DNA of 64,000 nucleotides from an uncultured Verrucomicrobiota bacterium. Lineage in GTDB: Bacteria; Verrucomicrobiota; Verrucomicrobiia; Limisphaerales; UBA9464. Each line of letters begins with the position of its first letter. Within the stretch, counting starts at the first letter, position 1. The DNA lies in assembly GCA_903907995.1 (NCBI GenBank), contig CAIVQH010000008.1, positions 7,220 to 71,219 on the forward strand, given 5' to 3'. The position numbers and the translations under genes are program-made. This document shows positions 9,395 to 19,155 of this stretch, piece after piece. The notes beneath the pieces are model-generated. The model was not told the DNA's origin and made no database searches. It saw only the letters and a list, made by a program, of their open reading frames with translations.

Positions 9395-10207
9395 ATGCAG
9401 TCGGGGCGTTGCGGGTTCACGCTTATTGAGCTGCTCGTGGTGATCACCATCATCGCCGTGCTGGCCGGATTGATCCTGCCGGCGTTTGGCCGGGCGAAGA
9501 TGCTGGCCAAACGGACCAACGAGCTTTCCTCCGCCCGCCAGCTCATGCTCGCCTGGCAGCTCTACGCGAGTGAGCACGAAGACAGGGTGCTGCCCGGCTA
9601 TCGCTATGGCTACTCCGCCCGCGATTTCACAGGCAAAGAGGTGACCTTTCCGATCAACGCACGGTATCCGTGGCGGCTGATGCCGTATCTGGGCAACAGC
9701 TTCGGGGTCCTCTACGCGAATGAGAACCGCGTTTTGCTGGACCAGTTCCAGCACATTGCCGACCCGGGCCTCGGCATTTACGCGGCCAGCGTCTTTCCTT
9801 CACTGGGCGTGAACGGCGTGTTTGTCGGTGGCGACGATCTGGAACTGCCCCCGGATGGCAAGGCGCGGGCGATGTTCGGCGACTTCTGCCTGCTCAAGGT
9901 CACGCAGGCGCACCGTCCTTCCGAGCTGATGGCGTTCATGTCGGCCCGCGGCCCCTTTGAAGGCAAGATCGTGAATGGGTTTTACAAGGTGACCCCGCCC
10001 TACCTGATGGCCCGCCGCTGGGCGGTGGACTGGAACCCGGCCGATGGTCCCGAGGCCTGGGGCAACGTGCATCCCCGGTTTGGCGACCGCGCGGTCACCG
10101 CCCAGGTGGATGGCCACGCCGAACCCCTGAAGCTCGCCGACCTGCAGGACATGCGGCGCTGGTGCGACATCGCCGATCGCCCTGACTGGACGCTCACCCA
10201 CAAATGA
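9395..10207 (+). CDS. prepilin-type N-terminal cleavage/methylation domain protein (DUF1559-like)
   Basis: MQSGRCGFTLIELLVVITIIAVLAGLILPAFGRAK. The C-terminal ...HPRFGDRAVTAQVDGH is a variant of the H-X9-DG motif. The start was trimmed to the ATG at 9395. Confidence 0.85.
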   Translation: MQSGRCGFTLIELLVVITIIAVLAGLILPAFGRAKMLAKRTNELSSARQLMLAWQLYASEHEDRVLPGYRYGYSARDFTGKEVTFPINARYPWRLMPYLGNSFGVLYANENRVLLDQFQHIADPGLGIYAASVFPSLGVNGVFVGGDDLELPPDGKARAMFGDFCLLKVTQAHRPSELMAFMSARGPFEGKIVNGFYKVTPPYLMARRWAVDWNPADGPEAWGNVHPRFGDRAVTAQVDGHAEPLKLADLQDMRRWCDIADRPDWTLTHK

Positions 10208-10238
10208 GCGCGGGAAAACCGCCGGCCCGCCCTCCGGC

Positions 10239-11567
10239 TTACGGCGCATCCACTACGACGCGATAGAAGCCGGTCGGAGGACGAAGGGGACCGGCGAACG
10301 GACTCAGGCCCGTCCACTCGGCAATCCCCTTCTCGGGATAAGTGAGCTGGCCCGCTGCGGGGTTCCATGATTTCAGATCAGCGCTGGTTTCGATGCGGTA
10401 GGTGCGGCTCGGGGCAATCGGGAAGCGGAGCCCCGCGTTCCCATCCGCATCAAAGCGGGAGCTGAGCACCCGCAGGACGCTGGCAGCATTCGTCGGATCG
10501 GTGCCGGCCAGGAATTCTGCGCGGTTGGACTGCCCATCGCCATCCGCGTCGCCGTCGGCGGTGGCGCTCAGATCACCGAACCAGAAGCGCTCCCAATCAT
10601 CGGGCAGGCCATCCTGATCGGTGTCGGCATCCGTGATCACCGTGCCGGTCAGTTCCAGGCGCGGGGAGTCGTAGACCAGATTTTTGCGGGTGGCCCACTG
10701 GGGATAATTGCCAACTCCGCCCCCGCCGGTGCCGCCCGGAGTGATCTGCACGGCGGGTGAAAGTGAATTGACCACCAGCCGTAGCTTGCCCTGGTCGAGG
10801 GCCTGTTGCAGGTAGCCCACGACCAGCGGATCGGTCAGGTCCACGTCGAACGTGAACTTGCTGTCGTCCGGCACGAGTTCGCCGGGCGCGGCATTCGTCG
10901 TCTGCCCGATGGCCCACGGCCTGGCCTCAAAGGGCGCGTTCGTCCACGCGGCGTTCTGCTGGCCGACATTGTTGCTCACGTCCAAGGGCTGTCCGTCGGG
11001 CCCGAACATCACCGGAAAGGCGTTGCGGGTGGCGATGGAGATCGTGTCGCCGGCAACCGGCCCCAGCGGACCATACGAACTGGTCTCGGTATAGGTCGTC
11101 GCCGTGAAACCGCCGCGAAACGCCGCACCGTACAGCTCCACCGGCCGCCCCGCATCGGTGTCAGGCACGTAACCGGGCTGGTTCGTCATGTAGGTGACGT
11201 AGCTGTCGTAGGTCGGGTCGTACACAAAGGCCTGATCCGCCGTGATGGTCAGCGTGAGGAGAACGCGCCGCAGCAGATAGTTCGCCGGATGACGGTTGGT
11301 GGTAACCAGCGTGTCGGTATCCCAGCCGATGAAGAACTGGGCGTCCCGGGTGTCAAAGCGCGGGTCGAAGGACGCGAAGGTGGGCGCCACGGGCCGGGTC
11401 GCCGGCTCGAAGTTGAACGGGTACATCCACCGGTCGAGGGTCGGCGTCGGGACATCCAATGTGAACTCGCCGGCACCCAGCCGGAGCGCCGCCAGCAACC
11501 AGACCAGCGGGAGCAACCAGCGTCCGGGCAGACACAACGCCCGGCGACCAACCAGAGAAAGAGCCAT
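10239..11567 (-). CDS. secreted protein with thrombospondin-type-3-like Asp-rich Ca-binding repeats and the shared [FY][FY]R C-terminal module
   Basis: Signal peptide. DTDQDGLPDDWERFWFGDLSATADGDADGDGQSNRAEFLAGTDPTN. Tail ...RTYRIETSADLKSWNP...GFYRVVVDAP. Confidence 0.75.
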   Translation of the reverse strand: MALSLVGRRALCLPGRWLLPLVWLLAALRLGAGEFTLDVPTPTLDRWMYPFNFEPATRPVAPTFASFDPRFDTRDAQFFIGWDTDTLVTTNRHPANYLLRRVLLTLTITADQAFVYDPTYDSYVTYMTNQPGYVPDTDAGRPVELYGAAFRGGFTATTYTETSSYGPLGPVAGDTISIATRNAFPVMFGPDGQPLDVSNNVGQQNAAWTNAPFEARPWAIGQTTNAAPGELVPDDSKFTFDVDLTDPLVVGYLQQALDQGKLRLVVNSLSPAVQITPGGTGGGGVGNYPQWATRKNLVYDSPRLELTGTVITDADTDQDGLPDDWERFWFGDLSATADGDADGDGQSNRAEFLAGTDPTNAASVLRVLSSRFDADGNAGLRFPIAPSRTYRIETSADLKSWNPAAGQLTYPEKGIAEWTGLSPFAGPLRPPTGFYRVVVDAP

Positions 11568-11586
11568 GTGGGGAGCCTAGCGCAAT

Positions 11587-12261
11587 TTACCGACGACGAC
11601 CACGCACGAAGAACAATCCCGCCAGCCCGGTCGCCAGCAGGGCGAGCGGAGCCGGTTCGGGCACCATGCGGACATCCAGAGTGGCCGAGTCAAAGCTCAC
11701 GCTTTCCGCCGCTGCTCCGAACGAGATCTTGAAGGCGGAAATATCCTTCCCGCTGAGATCCCACTCCCACTTCGAGGACACATAGGCTCCGCTGCCCGGC
11801 GTGCCGGGGTCGCCCACCAGCTGGCGGTCCAACTCCGAGCGGGTGGCGGTGAGGTCCGTCGCCCCGAAGGTCAGCTTGACCGAGTTGTAGTCGAGTTCGT
11901 TGCCGAAGGTGCGGGCCTGGAAGACCACCAGCCCCACCGGGGCCAGGCTCGAAAAGTTCACGTCGAAGGAACTCTTGGCCGCCATGTTGTAGATGTTGCC
12001 CGTGCTGGTGACGAAGGCATTGGGATCATGCTGGATCAGCCGGGCCGAGGCATTGCTGCCCGGCAGGTCGGGGCTGTTGCCCACACCATTGTCGGTGGCC
12101 ACGGTGAACTTTTCCCAGCCGGCCACCACGGAACCCGCCTCCCCACGGAAGAACGGAACCACAAAGCCATTGGTGCCTGCCTGTGCCGGGCTGACGACGG
12201 AGGTAACAGCGGTCGCAACGGCCAGCGCGGCCAGGGACCCGAACGATAACGAACGATTCAT
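11587..12261 (-). CDS. PEP-CTERM sorting domain protein
   Basis: Signal peptide. The C-terminus VPEPAPLALLATGLAGLFFVRGRRR has PEP, a TM helix and a basic tail. It lies 19 nt upstream of the 442-aa gene. Confidence 0.9.
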   Translation of the reverse strand: MNRSLSFGSLAALAVATAVTSVVSPAQAGTNGFVVPFFRGEAGSVVAGWEKFTVATDNGVGNSPDLPGSNASARLIQHDPNAFVTSTGNIYNMAAKSSFDVNFSSLAPVGLVVFQARTFGNELDYNSVKLTFGATDLTATRSELDRQLVGDPGTPGSGAYVSSKWEWDLSGKDISAFKISFGAAAESVSFDSATLDVRMVPEPAPLALLATGLAGLFFVRGRRR

Positions 12262-12638
12262 CGGGCGAGACCATGGGCGGAGCCGGTGCTTACCGCTACT
12301 CTCCTATTGCCAAAAACTGTCGGTGTTTTGCCACGTCAAAAGCGGCGTTTTGAACCGCAGAAGGCGATTTGCCGCCGGGAGACTGGCCGGCGAGGCGCGA
12401 AAACCTTCCGCTGTCGAAACCTGCCTCAAGGCGTGAGGAGTTCACCGGCCCAACCATCGGGTGGCAATAGCAGGGTCGCCTCGTGAGGACGGATCCGGTT
12501 CGAGTTCTTAGCTTTGAATCTGGTCATTGCGCCGCCTCCGAGCCCAACGCCCTTGATTCCTCAGTTGCTCGCGGGCTTTGCCCTTGTCCGAAACAGCCGG
12601 TGCATGCAGGGTGCAGCGACTTGATAAGGAGCCAGCCC

Positions 12639-14065
12639 ATGAAGATGCGGTTACCCCTCATACTGTTCGCCGCCTTGTCCCTGCTGTTGGCGGGCACGAG
12701 CGTTGACGCCGAGGGCTTCCAGCCCACCGGGTCCATGAAGCAGGCCCGGCTGTTTCACACCGCAACCCTTCTGAACGACGGCCGCGTGCTGGTCACTGGC
12801 GGCATCGCTCCGACCTTCGACCCGCCCCCCCACCGCAGCCCCCGTTTCAAACCCTGACCAGTGTCGAGCTCTACGATCCGGCAACCGGTACCTGGTCGGA
12901 GGGCGCTCCCTTGGCCGAACCTCGCTGCTGCCATACCGCCACGCTCCTGCCCAATGGTGAGGTGCTGGTCGTCGGCGGAGCTTCGATCGGCGTCTTCCTT
13001 TTTGACTTCGCTCTCTTTGCCGCCGACGGATTGACTTCCGCTGAGATCTACAACCCCACCCGCAATGACTGGCGGGCGGTGGAACCGATGAAGATTGGCC
13101 ATGCCTGGCATTCGGCGACGCTCCTGCCCGACGGCCGGGTGCTGATCGCCGGCGGAGACGATGACTACAGTGAGTTTGACGGTCACCCAGAGTTGTATCC
13201 CTTTGAAGCCGAACTCTTTGATCCCGTGCAGGATTCGTGGAGCCCAGCCGGCCCATTTTGCACTTACACATTTTTCCAGAACCAAACCGGACGGTTTGGC
13301 CATGGTACCCTTCTGTTGCCGGATCACCGGGTGCTCGTGGCTGGGGGACGCGAGCTAGTCCCTAATCCTTGGGGCTCAGTCGGAATCGATTTGGAGAACA
13401 CCGAACTGTTCCGGCCAGGAACCGCCACCTGGAGACCAGCCGCCACGATGGCCACCGCCTGCTTTCGTCCCGTGCTGCACCTTTTGGACGACGGCACGGT
13501 GCTGTTGGCCGACTGGTACCCTTATTTCAGCATTGCTGCACGGTATGACCCGGTGCTGGATCTGTGGACCTCTGCTCCGGCCTCCGCCCAGGTACACGTG
13601 TCAGGGTGTGGAGTAAGGCTGGCTGACGGACGCTTGCTCGTGGCTGGCGGCCTTGTCGGCAGTGAGATCGCCGACGCCAGCAACCCACCGATCGTCTCCT
13701 GCGAGGTCTTCTCCCCGCTGACCCGCCAGTGGAACCCGGCTGGCCCCATGAAGACCGGCCGCGCCAACGGCACCCTCACCCGCCTGCAAGATGGCCGCAT
13801 CCTCGCCACTGGCGGAAGCACCGAACCGACCGCCGAACTGTTCGTGCCCGACCCCAAACCACGGCTCAGTGTCCGTTGGACCGGCGGTCAGCCCGCCCTG
13901 CTGCTGGAGGATACGGCCGCTCAGCCGACCGTGATCGAGTACAAGGAGAGCCTCGACAGCACCGCGTGGTCGGTCATCACCACCTTTCCCCATCCCGACG
14001 CCACCCAGACCGTCTCCGGCCTCCCCGCCGCCGCCCGCTTCTTCCGGGCCCGCCGGACGGATTGA
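12639..14065 (+). pseudogene. Kelch-repeat beta-propeller secreted protein, copy 1, frame broken near a C7 tract
   Basis: The frame starting at ATG 12639 (MKMRLPLILFAALSLLLAGTSVDAEGFQPTGSMKQARLFHTATLLNDGRVLVTGG...) stops at 12855-12857. The rest (VELYDPATGTWSEGAPLAEPRCCHTATLLPNGE... to 14065) is in another frame. It is colinear with intact copy 2. Confidence 0.8.
12825..12831 (+). repeat. C7 homopolymer at the Kelch copy-1 frameshift
   Basis: Reading gac ccg ccc ccc c|ac, one extra C would give ...DPPPPQPPFQTLTSVELYDPATGTW. That rejoins the downstream frame and matches the spacing in copy 2. Confidence 0.75.
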
Positions 14066-14105
14066 TCACTCACCCAGCTGACGACGAACGAAAGCAAGCC
14101 AGCCC

Positions 14106-15533
14106 ATGAAGTTACCACCCCGCCTCCTCCTGTTCGCCGCCGTCTCCCTGCTGCTGGCCGGCCTGCGCCTCGCTGCGGAGGGCTTCCAGCCCACCGGGTC
14201 GATGAAGGCGGCCCGGCTGTTTCACACCGCAACCCTGCTGAACGACGGCCGGGTGCTGGTCACGGGCGGAGCTGATCCGTTGTCACTGAAATTGTTCGGT
14301 GGAGACTATGGATTTTCCTCAATGGCCAGCGCCGAGATTTACGACCCCGCTTCCGGCACCTGGTCGGAGGCCGCCTCCATGACCGAGCCCCGGGGTGGCC
14401 ACACCGCCACGCTCCTGCCCAACGGCGAGGTGCTGGTTGCCGGCGGAGCTTCGCCGGGGCCCTATCTGTCTGAATCCGGTCTTGCGAACTTTTCGTCAGT
14501 GACTTCCGCGGCAATCTACAACCCCGCCCGAAACGACTGGCGCGCCGTGGACCCGGTGAAAATTGCACATGTCTTTCACTCAGCGACGCTCCTGCCCGAC
14601 GGCCGGGTGCTGATCGCCGGCGGGGATTTCGATTATAATGGGTTCTATGGAAAACCAGAGCTGTTTTCCTATGAAACCGAATATTTCGACCCCGCCCGCG
14701 AGGCCTGGAGCCCAGGCGGTCCATTTTCCACCTATACGTTTTTCCCGAACCAAACCGGACGGTTTGGCCATGGTGCGCTCCTGCTGCCCGATCACCGGCT
14801 GCTCGTGGTTGGCGGGCGCGAGGTGGTCCCTCATCCTTGGGGCTCAGTCGCAATCGATTTTGGAAACACCGAACTGTTCCGGCCAGGAACCGGCACGTGG
14901 AAGCCAGCCGCCACAATGGCCACCGCCTGCTTTCGTCCCGTGCTGCACCTTTTGAACGACGGCACCATGCTGCTGGCCGCCTGGTACACTTATTTCAGTA
15001 TCGCTGCACGGTATGACCCGGTACTGGATCGCTGGTCCTCTGCTCCGGCCTCCGCCCAGGTACACGTGTCAGGGTGTGGAGTAAGCCTGGCTGATGGACG
15101 CTTGCTCGTGGCTGGCGGCCTTGTCGGCAGTGAGATCGCCGACGCCAGCAACCCACCGATCGTCTCCTGCGAGATCTTCTCCCCGCTGACCCGCCAGTGG
15201 AACCCGGCTGGCCCCATGAAGACCGGCCGCGCCAACGGCACCCTCACCCGCCTGCAAGATGGCCGCGTCCTCGCCGCCGGCGGGAGCACCGAACCGACGG
15301 CCGAACTCTTCATGCCCGACCCCAAACCACGGCTCAGTGTCCGTTGGACCGGCGATCAGCCCACCCTGCTGCTGGAGGATACGGCCGCTCAGCCGACCGT
15401 GATCGAGTACAAGGAGGACCTTGGCACTGCTGCGTGGTCGGTCATCACCACCTTTCCCCATCCCGACGCCACCCAGACCGTCTCTGGCCTCCCCGCCGCC
15501 GCCCGCTTCTTCCGGGCCCGCCGGACGAATTGA
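14106..15533 (+). CDS. Kelch-repeat beta-propeller secreted protein, copy 2 (intact), with the [FY][FY]R C-terminal module
   Basis: Signal peptide. Repeated ...HTATLLPNGEVLVAGG / HSATLLPDGRVLIAGG / GHGALLLPDHRLLVVGG blades. Tail ...VIEYKEDLGTAAWSV...ARFFRARRTN. Confidence 0.85.
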   Translation: MKLPPRLLLFAAVSLLLAGLRLAAEGFQPTGSMKAARLFHTATLLNDGRVLVTGGADPLSLKLFGGDYGFSSMASAEIYDPASGTWSEAASMTEPRGGHTATLLPNGEVLVAGGASPGPYLSESGLANFSSVTSAAIYNPARNDWRAVDPVKIAHVFHSATLLPDGRVLIAGGDFDYNGFYGKPELFSYETEYFDPAREAWSPGGPFSTYTFFPNQTGRFGHGALLLPDHRLLVVGGREVVPHPWGSVAIDFGNTELFRPGTGTWKPAATMATACFRPVLHLLNDGTMLLAAWYTYFSIAARYDPVLDRWSSAPASAQVHVSGCGVSLADGRLLVAGGLVGSEIADASNPPIVSCEIFSPLTRQWNPAGPMKTGRANGTLTRLQDGRVLAAGGSTEPTAELFMPDPKPRLSVRWTGDQPTLLLEDTAAQPTVIEYKEDLGTAAWSVITTFPHPDATQTVSGLPAAARFFRARRTN

Positions 15534-15615
15534 TCCGCCGCAGCGGAGCCAGAAAGCCCTTTGTTGCTTGGCTGTTCTCCCGGCGGTGCGTGATGCTCGG
15601 CCCGAAGACCATCCC

Positions 15616-16008
15616 ATGAAGACCACCCTTGCCCCGCTGCTCTCGGTCCGGAACGGCGCGAAAGCCGTTGAGTTCTACCGGCTCGCCTTCGGGGCAACGG
15701 TATTGATGCGCATTGACGACGAAGGTGGTGCGGTCGTCGCCCAGCTTTCCGTGGACGGGGCCGACTTCTGGCTCGCCGACGAGTCGCCCGCGCACGCCAA
15801 CTTCAGCCCCGAATCCCTCGGCGGCGGCACGGTGCGCCTGGTCCTGACCGTGGCTGATCCGGATTCCCTCTATGCCCGGGCCATCGCTGCGGGTGCGAAG
15901 GTGGTCTGGCCGGTCGGCGACCAAAACTACGGCTGGCGCGTCGGGCGCCTCGCCGATCCCTTCGGACATCACTGGGAGATTGGCAAGCCGCTGAGTGGCT
16001 GCGCGTGA
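15616..16008 (+). CDS. VOC (glyoxalase/bleomycin-resistance) family protein
   Basis: MKTTLAPLLSVRNGAKAVEFYRLAFGATV...YGWRVGRLADPFGHHWEIG is PhnB-like. The start was trimmed to the ATG at 15616. Confidence 0.8.
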   Translation: MKTTLAPLLSVRNGAKAVEFYRLAFGATVLMRIDDEGGAVVAQLSVDGADFWLADESPAHANFSPESLGGGTVRLVLTVADPDSLYARAIAAGAKVVWPVGDQNYGWRVGRLADPFGHHWEIGKPLSGCA

Positions 16009-16021
16009 GCCTCATCAACGG

Positions 16022-18064
16022 TCATAGCGGTCGAAGGCGGTAGAATCGGGCCGGCGAATTCGTTGATTGCGGGTCGTGAAAGTCGGCGGTGATTGCCGGT
16101 GAGTTCGTCTGGATGGTGATCCACACCGGCAGGCCCAGATCGATGCAGGCTTCGATGACCACCGGCTGGCTGGCCTTCCCGAAAGGGGTGAACCCGAACT
16201 CGTTGGCCCCAGTGCCGAAATCATTGGCGCCGCTGACGGCACCAAGTTCCCGGAGCATGGCCGGCTGATCCCCGAAAGTGGCCTCCCAGCCGGTGGATTC
16301 CGGGAGAAAATAAGCGGTGACCAAAGGAGAGCTGTCGAAAATCCCGTTCCCGATCTCGGGCGCATTCCCCCGGAAATAGACCCCGGTCAGGCCGGGACAC
16401 TGCTCGAACGCTCCATCCGCGATTTCCGTGAGACTCGCGGGCAGCACGATCTCGGAAAGCGCGGAACATCCGCGAAAGGCCCCTTCCCCGATGAGACTCA
16501 AGCCATCGGATACAACGACCCGTCGCAAGCCCGCGCAGCCGGCGAAGGCTGCGCGCCCAATGTTCGTGACGCCTGGCGGAATGGTGATGCGCGGCAGTCG
16601 CACGCAGGAATTGAAGAGGTCATCCGAAATTGAGGTCAGCGACGACGGGAGCGTGACCGAGCGGAGTTGGATGCACTCAAGAAAAGCCGCCTCGCCCAGG
16701 TCGGTGACGCTGTCCGGAAGCGAGACGGCCGTCAGGCGACCGCAACTGGCGAAAGCGTTGGCACCAATGTTCGTGACGCCCGGAGGGAAGGAGATCGTGG
16801 TCAGGCCGTAGCAGTCGCCAAAGGCGAAAGCGCCGACGCTCCCGACCTGCTGGCCCAAGTGTACCGTTCCCAGGTTGGTGCAGGCCCAGAACGCGGCATC
16901 GCCGACCAGCGTGACGCTGTCCGGAATGGTAAGACTGACCAAGCCGATGCAATCGCCGAAGGCGGCCACGCCAATGCTGGTGAGGCCATCTGGGAGCGGC
17001 GCATTGACCAGACTCGAACAGCCGCTAAAGGCTTCATCACCAATGAGGCGTAGCTGGGACGGCGTGCCGAAGGAGACAACCGCCAGCCGGCTGCAGTCCG
17101 CAAACGCGTCTGCTTCAATGGTGGTGAGGCCTCGGGGCAGGTTGACCCGGGCCAAAACAAAGCAGTCGCGAAAGGTCTCCGCGGCAATCGTGGTGATCTT
17201 TTCGGGCACGGTGATCTCGCCCAGATCCGTGCACCGCAAAAATGCCTGCTGGCCAATGCTGAGAAGGCCGTCAGGCAGGTTGATCGAGGCGAGGTTGGAG
17301 CAATCCGCGAAGGCCGCCTCGCCGATGCTGAGCAGGCCGGCGGGCAGCGAAAGCTTCATGAGGCCCGAGCAGTTCTGAAAGAGGGCCGCGGGAATCTCCG
17401 TCACTTTCGGAGGAAGAGTAAACTCGGTCAGGGCGGCACACCCCTCGAATGCATGGTCACCCAAGGTGGTCAGGCCGTTCGGAAGGTCCAGGATCGGAAG
17501 GCTGAAGCAGCCGGAAAATGCCTGAGGCCCGAGGTTGGTCACCCCGGCCGGGATAACGATCTGGGTGAGACTCTCGCAGTCAATGAATGCCGAATCTCCA
17601 ATGCGGGTCAGGGAGTCAGGCAGGATCACCTGGGGCATGTCCACACAGCCCTGAAAGGCCGCATCGCCAATCCCGGTCACCGGCAGGCCATTGAAAGTGG
17701 CAGGAATGATGACAGGAACGTTGGTCGGCGTGACCTGGATCAGAGTGACGGAGAGGGAGTCCTGATTGGTGGCATACGCCAACTGGGCACGACCCGTGAT
17801 TGGGAGAAAAATCAGGGCAGCGAAGAGCCAAAGCCACAAAGCCCTTCCCACGCCAAAGGATGCGCCAAGGTTTGCCGCGCTTCGAGTAAGGTGGGTTGGG
17901 ATCATCTGGTGTATCGGTTGGAGGTTTCGGCGGTCACGCACAACGCAAGCTCCCGCCGTGGAAACCGCATCAGGTGACAGTCCATCAAGCATTGTGGCAC
18001 AGCCGGCCGACGACAATGAAAATGGCCGGTGAGCCAGGGGTTTCACGGGCCGCGGCTTCGGCAT
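16022..18064 (-). CDS. BspA-type leucine-rich repeat surface protein
   Basis: About 20 repeats of the form L.SIGD.AF..C..L..I.LP. Tail ...ARFYRLRPL. The likely true start is the ATG at 17905 (MIPTHLTRSAANLGASFGVGRALWLWLFAALIFLPITGRAQ, signal peptide). Confidence 0.85.
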   Translation of the reverse strand: MPKPRPVKPLAHRPFSLSSAGCATMLDGLSPDAVSTAGACVVRDRRNLQPIHQMIPTHLTRSAANLGASFGVGRALWLWLFAALIFLPITGRAQLAYATNQDSLSVTLIQVTPTNVPVIIPATFNGLPVTGIGDAAFQGCVDMPQVILPDSLTRIGDSAFIDCESLTQIVIPAGVTNLGPQAFSGCFSLPILDLPNGLTTLGDHAFEGCAALTEFTLPPKVTEIPAALFQNCSGLMKLSLPAGLLSIGEAAFADCSNLASINLPDGLLSIGQQAFLRCTDLGEITVPEKITTIAAETFRDCFVLARVNLPRGLTTIEADAFADCSRLAVVSFGTPSQLRLIGDEAFSGCSSLVNAPLPDGLTSIGVAAFGDCIGLVSLTIPDSVTLVGDAAFWACTNLGTVHLGQQVGSVGAFAFGDCYGLTTISFPPGVTNIGANAFASCGRLTAVSLPDSVTDLGEAAFLECIQLRSVTLPSSLTSISDDLFNSCVRLPRITIPPGVTNIGRAAFAGCAGLRRVVVSDGLSLIGEGAFRGCSALSEIVLPASLTEIADGAFEQCPGLTGVYFRGNAPEIGNGIFDSSPLVTAYFLPESTGWEATFGDQPAMLRELGAVSGANDFGTGANEFGFTPFGKASQPVVIEACIDLGLPVWITIQTNSPAITADFHDPQSTNSPARFYRLRPL

Positions 18065-18110
18065 AGGCCTTGACCCCTGAAACCAAGGAGGCCAGCGTTA
18101 AGGCAGCAAA

Positions 18111-19055
18111 ATGATCCCCATGAAATCACCCATCCCCATCGCTTTATCAGGCAAGTCGCCCGCCCGCCGTACGCTGCTGGTTTTGAGCTTCATCGCCCTT
18201 TCCTCGGTCTTCTCCGCCCAGGCTGCGCTCGACATGTTCATCAACTTCGGGTCGACCATCAAAGGCGAGTCACGCGACAAGGTCCAAGGCCCGAAGGGGG
18301 ATTGCGACATGCTGTCTTGGAATTGGGGCATGAGCCAGTCGGGCACGACCCATACCGGCGGAGGGGGCGGAGCCGGAAAGGCAAACTTCCAGGATATCAC
18401 CCTGACGAAATACGTGGACACCGCCAGCACGGACCTCATGACCGCGCTGGCCAAGGGTTCACACTTGGCGAAGGTGGTGTTGCTGACCCGTAAGGCGGGT
18501 GAAGGGCAGACGAAATACATCGAGATCACGCTGGAGGAAGTCATCGTGACGTCGCTGACGACCGGTGGCTCCGGCGGCCAGGACCGCCTCACCGAGCAGG
18601 TCAGCCTCAATTTCGCCAAGGTGAAGTACGACTACTACCCCGTGGATTCAAAGGGGACCGTCGGAACAGCCAAAACCTTTGCCTGGAACATTGCCGCGAA
18701 CACCATGGCGGCAAAGCCGGTGGAAGTGCAGGGAGAACCGGGTGCCGCAGCGACCGAGTCGGTCTTGCCGGCGAGCGACGCTTCCCTCCGGAATTTTGTG
18801 CATGCGGGCGCCGCTGACCAGCTGAAGGCCCACGAGGAGGTCCGCGCTGGCAAGCGCTTCCTCGCCGTCGAGGTCACCCGTCCGAAGAACACCACGGGCG
18901 TCGCCATCACCGCCCAGACCTCTGCCGACGCCCACACCTGGTCCTCGGATACGGTCGTCGAAGAGGTCGCCGAGGACGGCACCGACACCCAGACCACCCG
19001 CTACGTGATCCCCATCGACCAGGCCCAGAAATTCTTCCGCACCACGACCGAATAA
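18111..19055 (+). CDS. Hcp1-family (T6SS tube fold) domain protein with N-terminal signal peptide and C-terminal extension
   Basis: Residues 39-200 read ALDMFINFGSTIKGESRDK...DMLSWNWGMSQSGTTHTGGGGGAGKANFQDITLTKYVDTASTDLM...RKAGEGQTKYIEITLEEVIVTSLTTGGSGGQDRLTEQVSLNFAKVKYDY. This closely parallels P. aeruginosa Hcp1 as I remember it. It is preceded by KSPARRTLLVLSFIALSSVFSAQA and followed by about 115 aa ending ...HTWSS...QKFFRTTTE. Confidence 0.85.
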   Translation: MIPMKSPIPIALSGKSPARRTLLVLSFIALSSVFSAQAALDMFINFGSTIKGESRDKVQGPKGDCDMLSWNWGMSQSGTTHTGGGGGAGKANFQDITLTKYVDTASTDLMTALAKGSHLAKVVLLTRKAGEGQTKYIEITLEEVIVTSLTTGGSGGQDRLTEQVSLNFAKVKYDYYPVDSKGTVGTAKTFAWNIAANTMAAKPVEVQGEPGAAATESVLPASDASLRNFVHAGAADQLKAHEEVRAGKRFLAVEVTRPKNTTGVAITAQTSADAHTWSSDTVVEEVAEDGTDTQTTRYVIPIDQAQKFFRTTTE

Positions 19056-19076
19056 TTCCTCCTGCCGCGATTCACC

Positions 19077-19112
19077 GGGCCGTCCTGTTCAAAGGGGCGG
19101 CCCTTTTCTTTT
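19077..19112 (+). terminator. rho-independent terminator after the Hcp-like gene
   Basis: gggccgtcct (19077-19086), loop gttcaaa, ggggcggccc (19094-19103; two G-U pairs), then ttttctttt. Confidence 0.7.
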
Positions 19113-19155
19113 CCTGGCGTCACTCTGGCCCGGTTCCTGTTAGGCTGCGCCCGCC

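Noticed and set aside
18111-19055. A type VI secretion locus around the Hcp-like gene
   Set aside because: No TssB/C, TssM, VgrG, ClpV or baseplate genes occur anywhere in the 64 kb. The neighbours are LRR, VTC and housekeeping genes.
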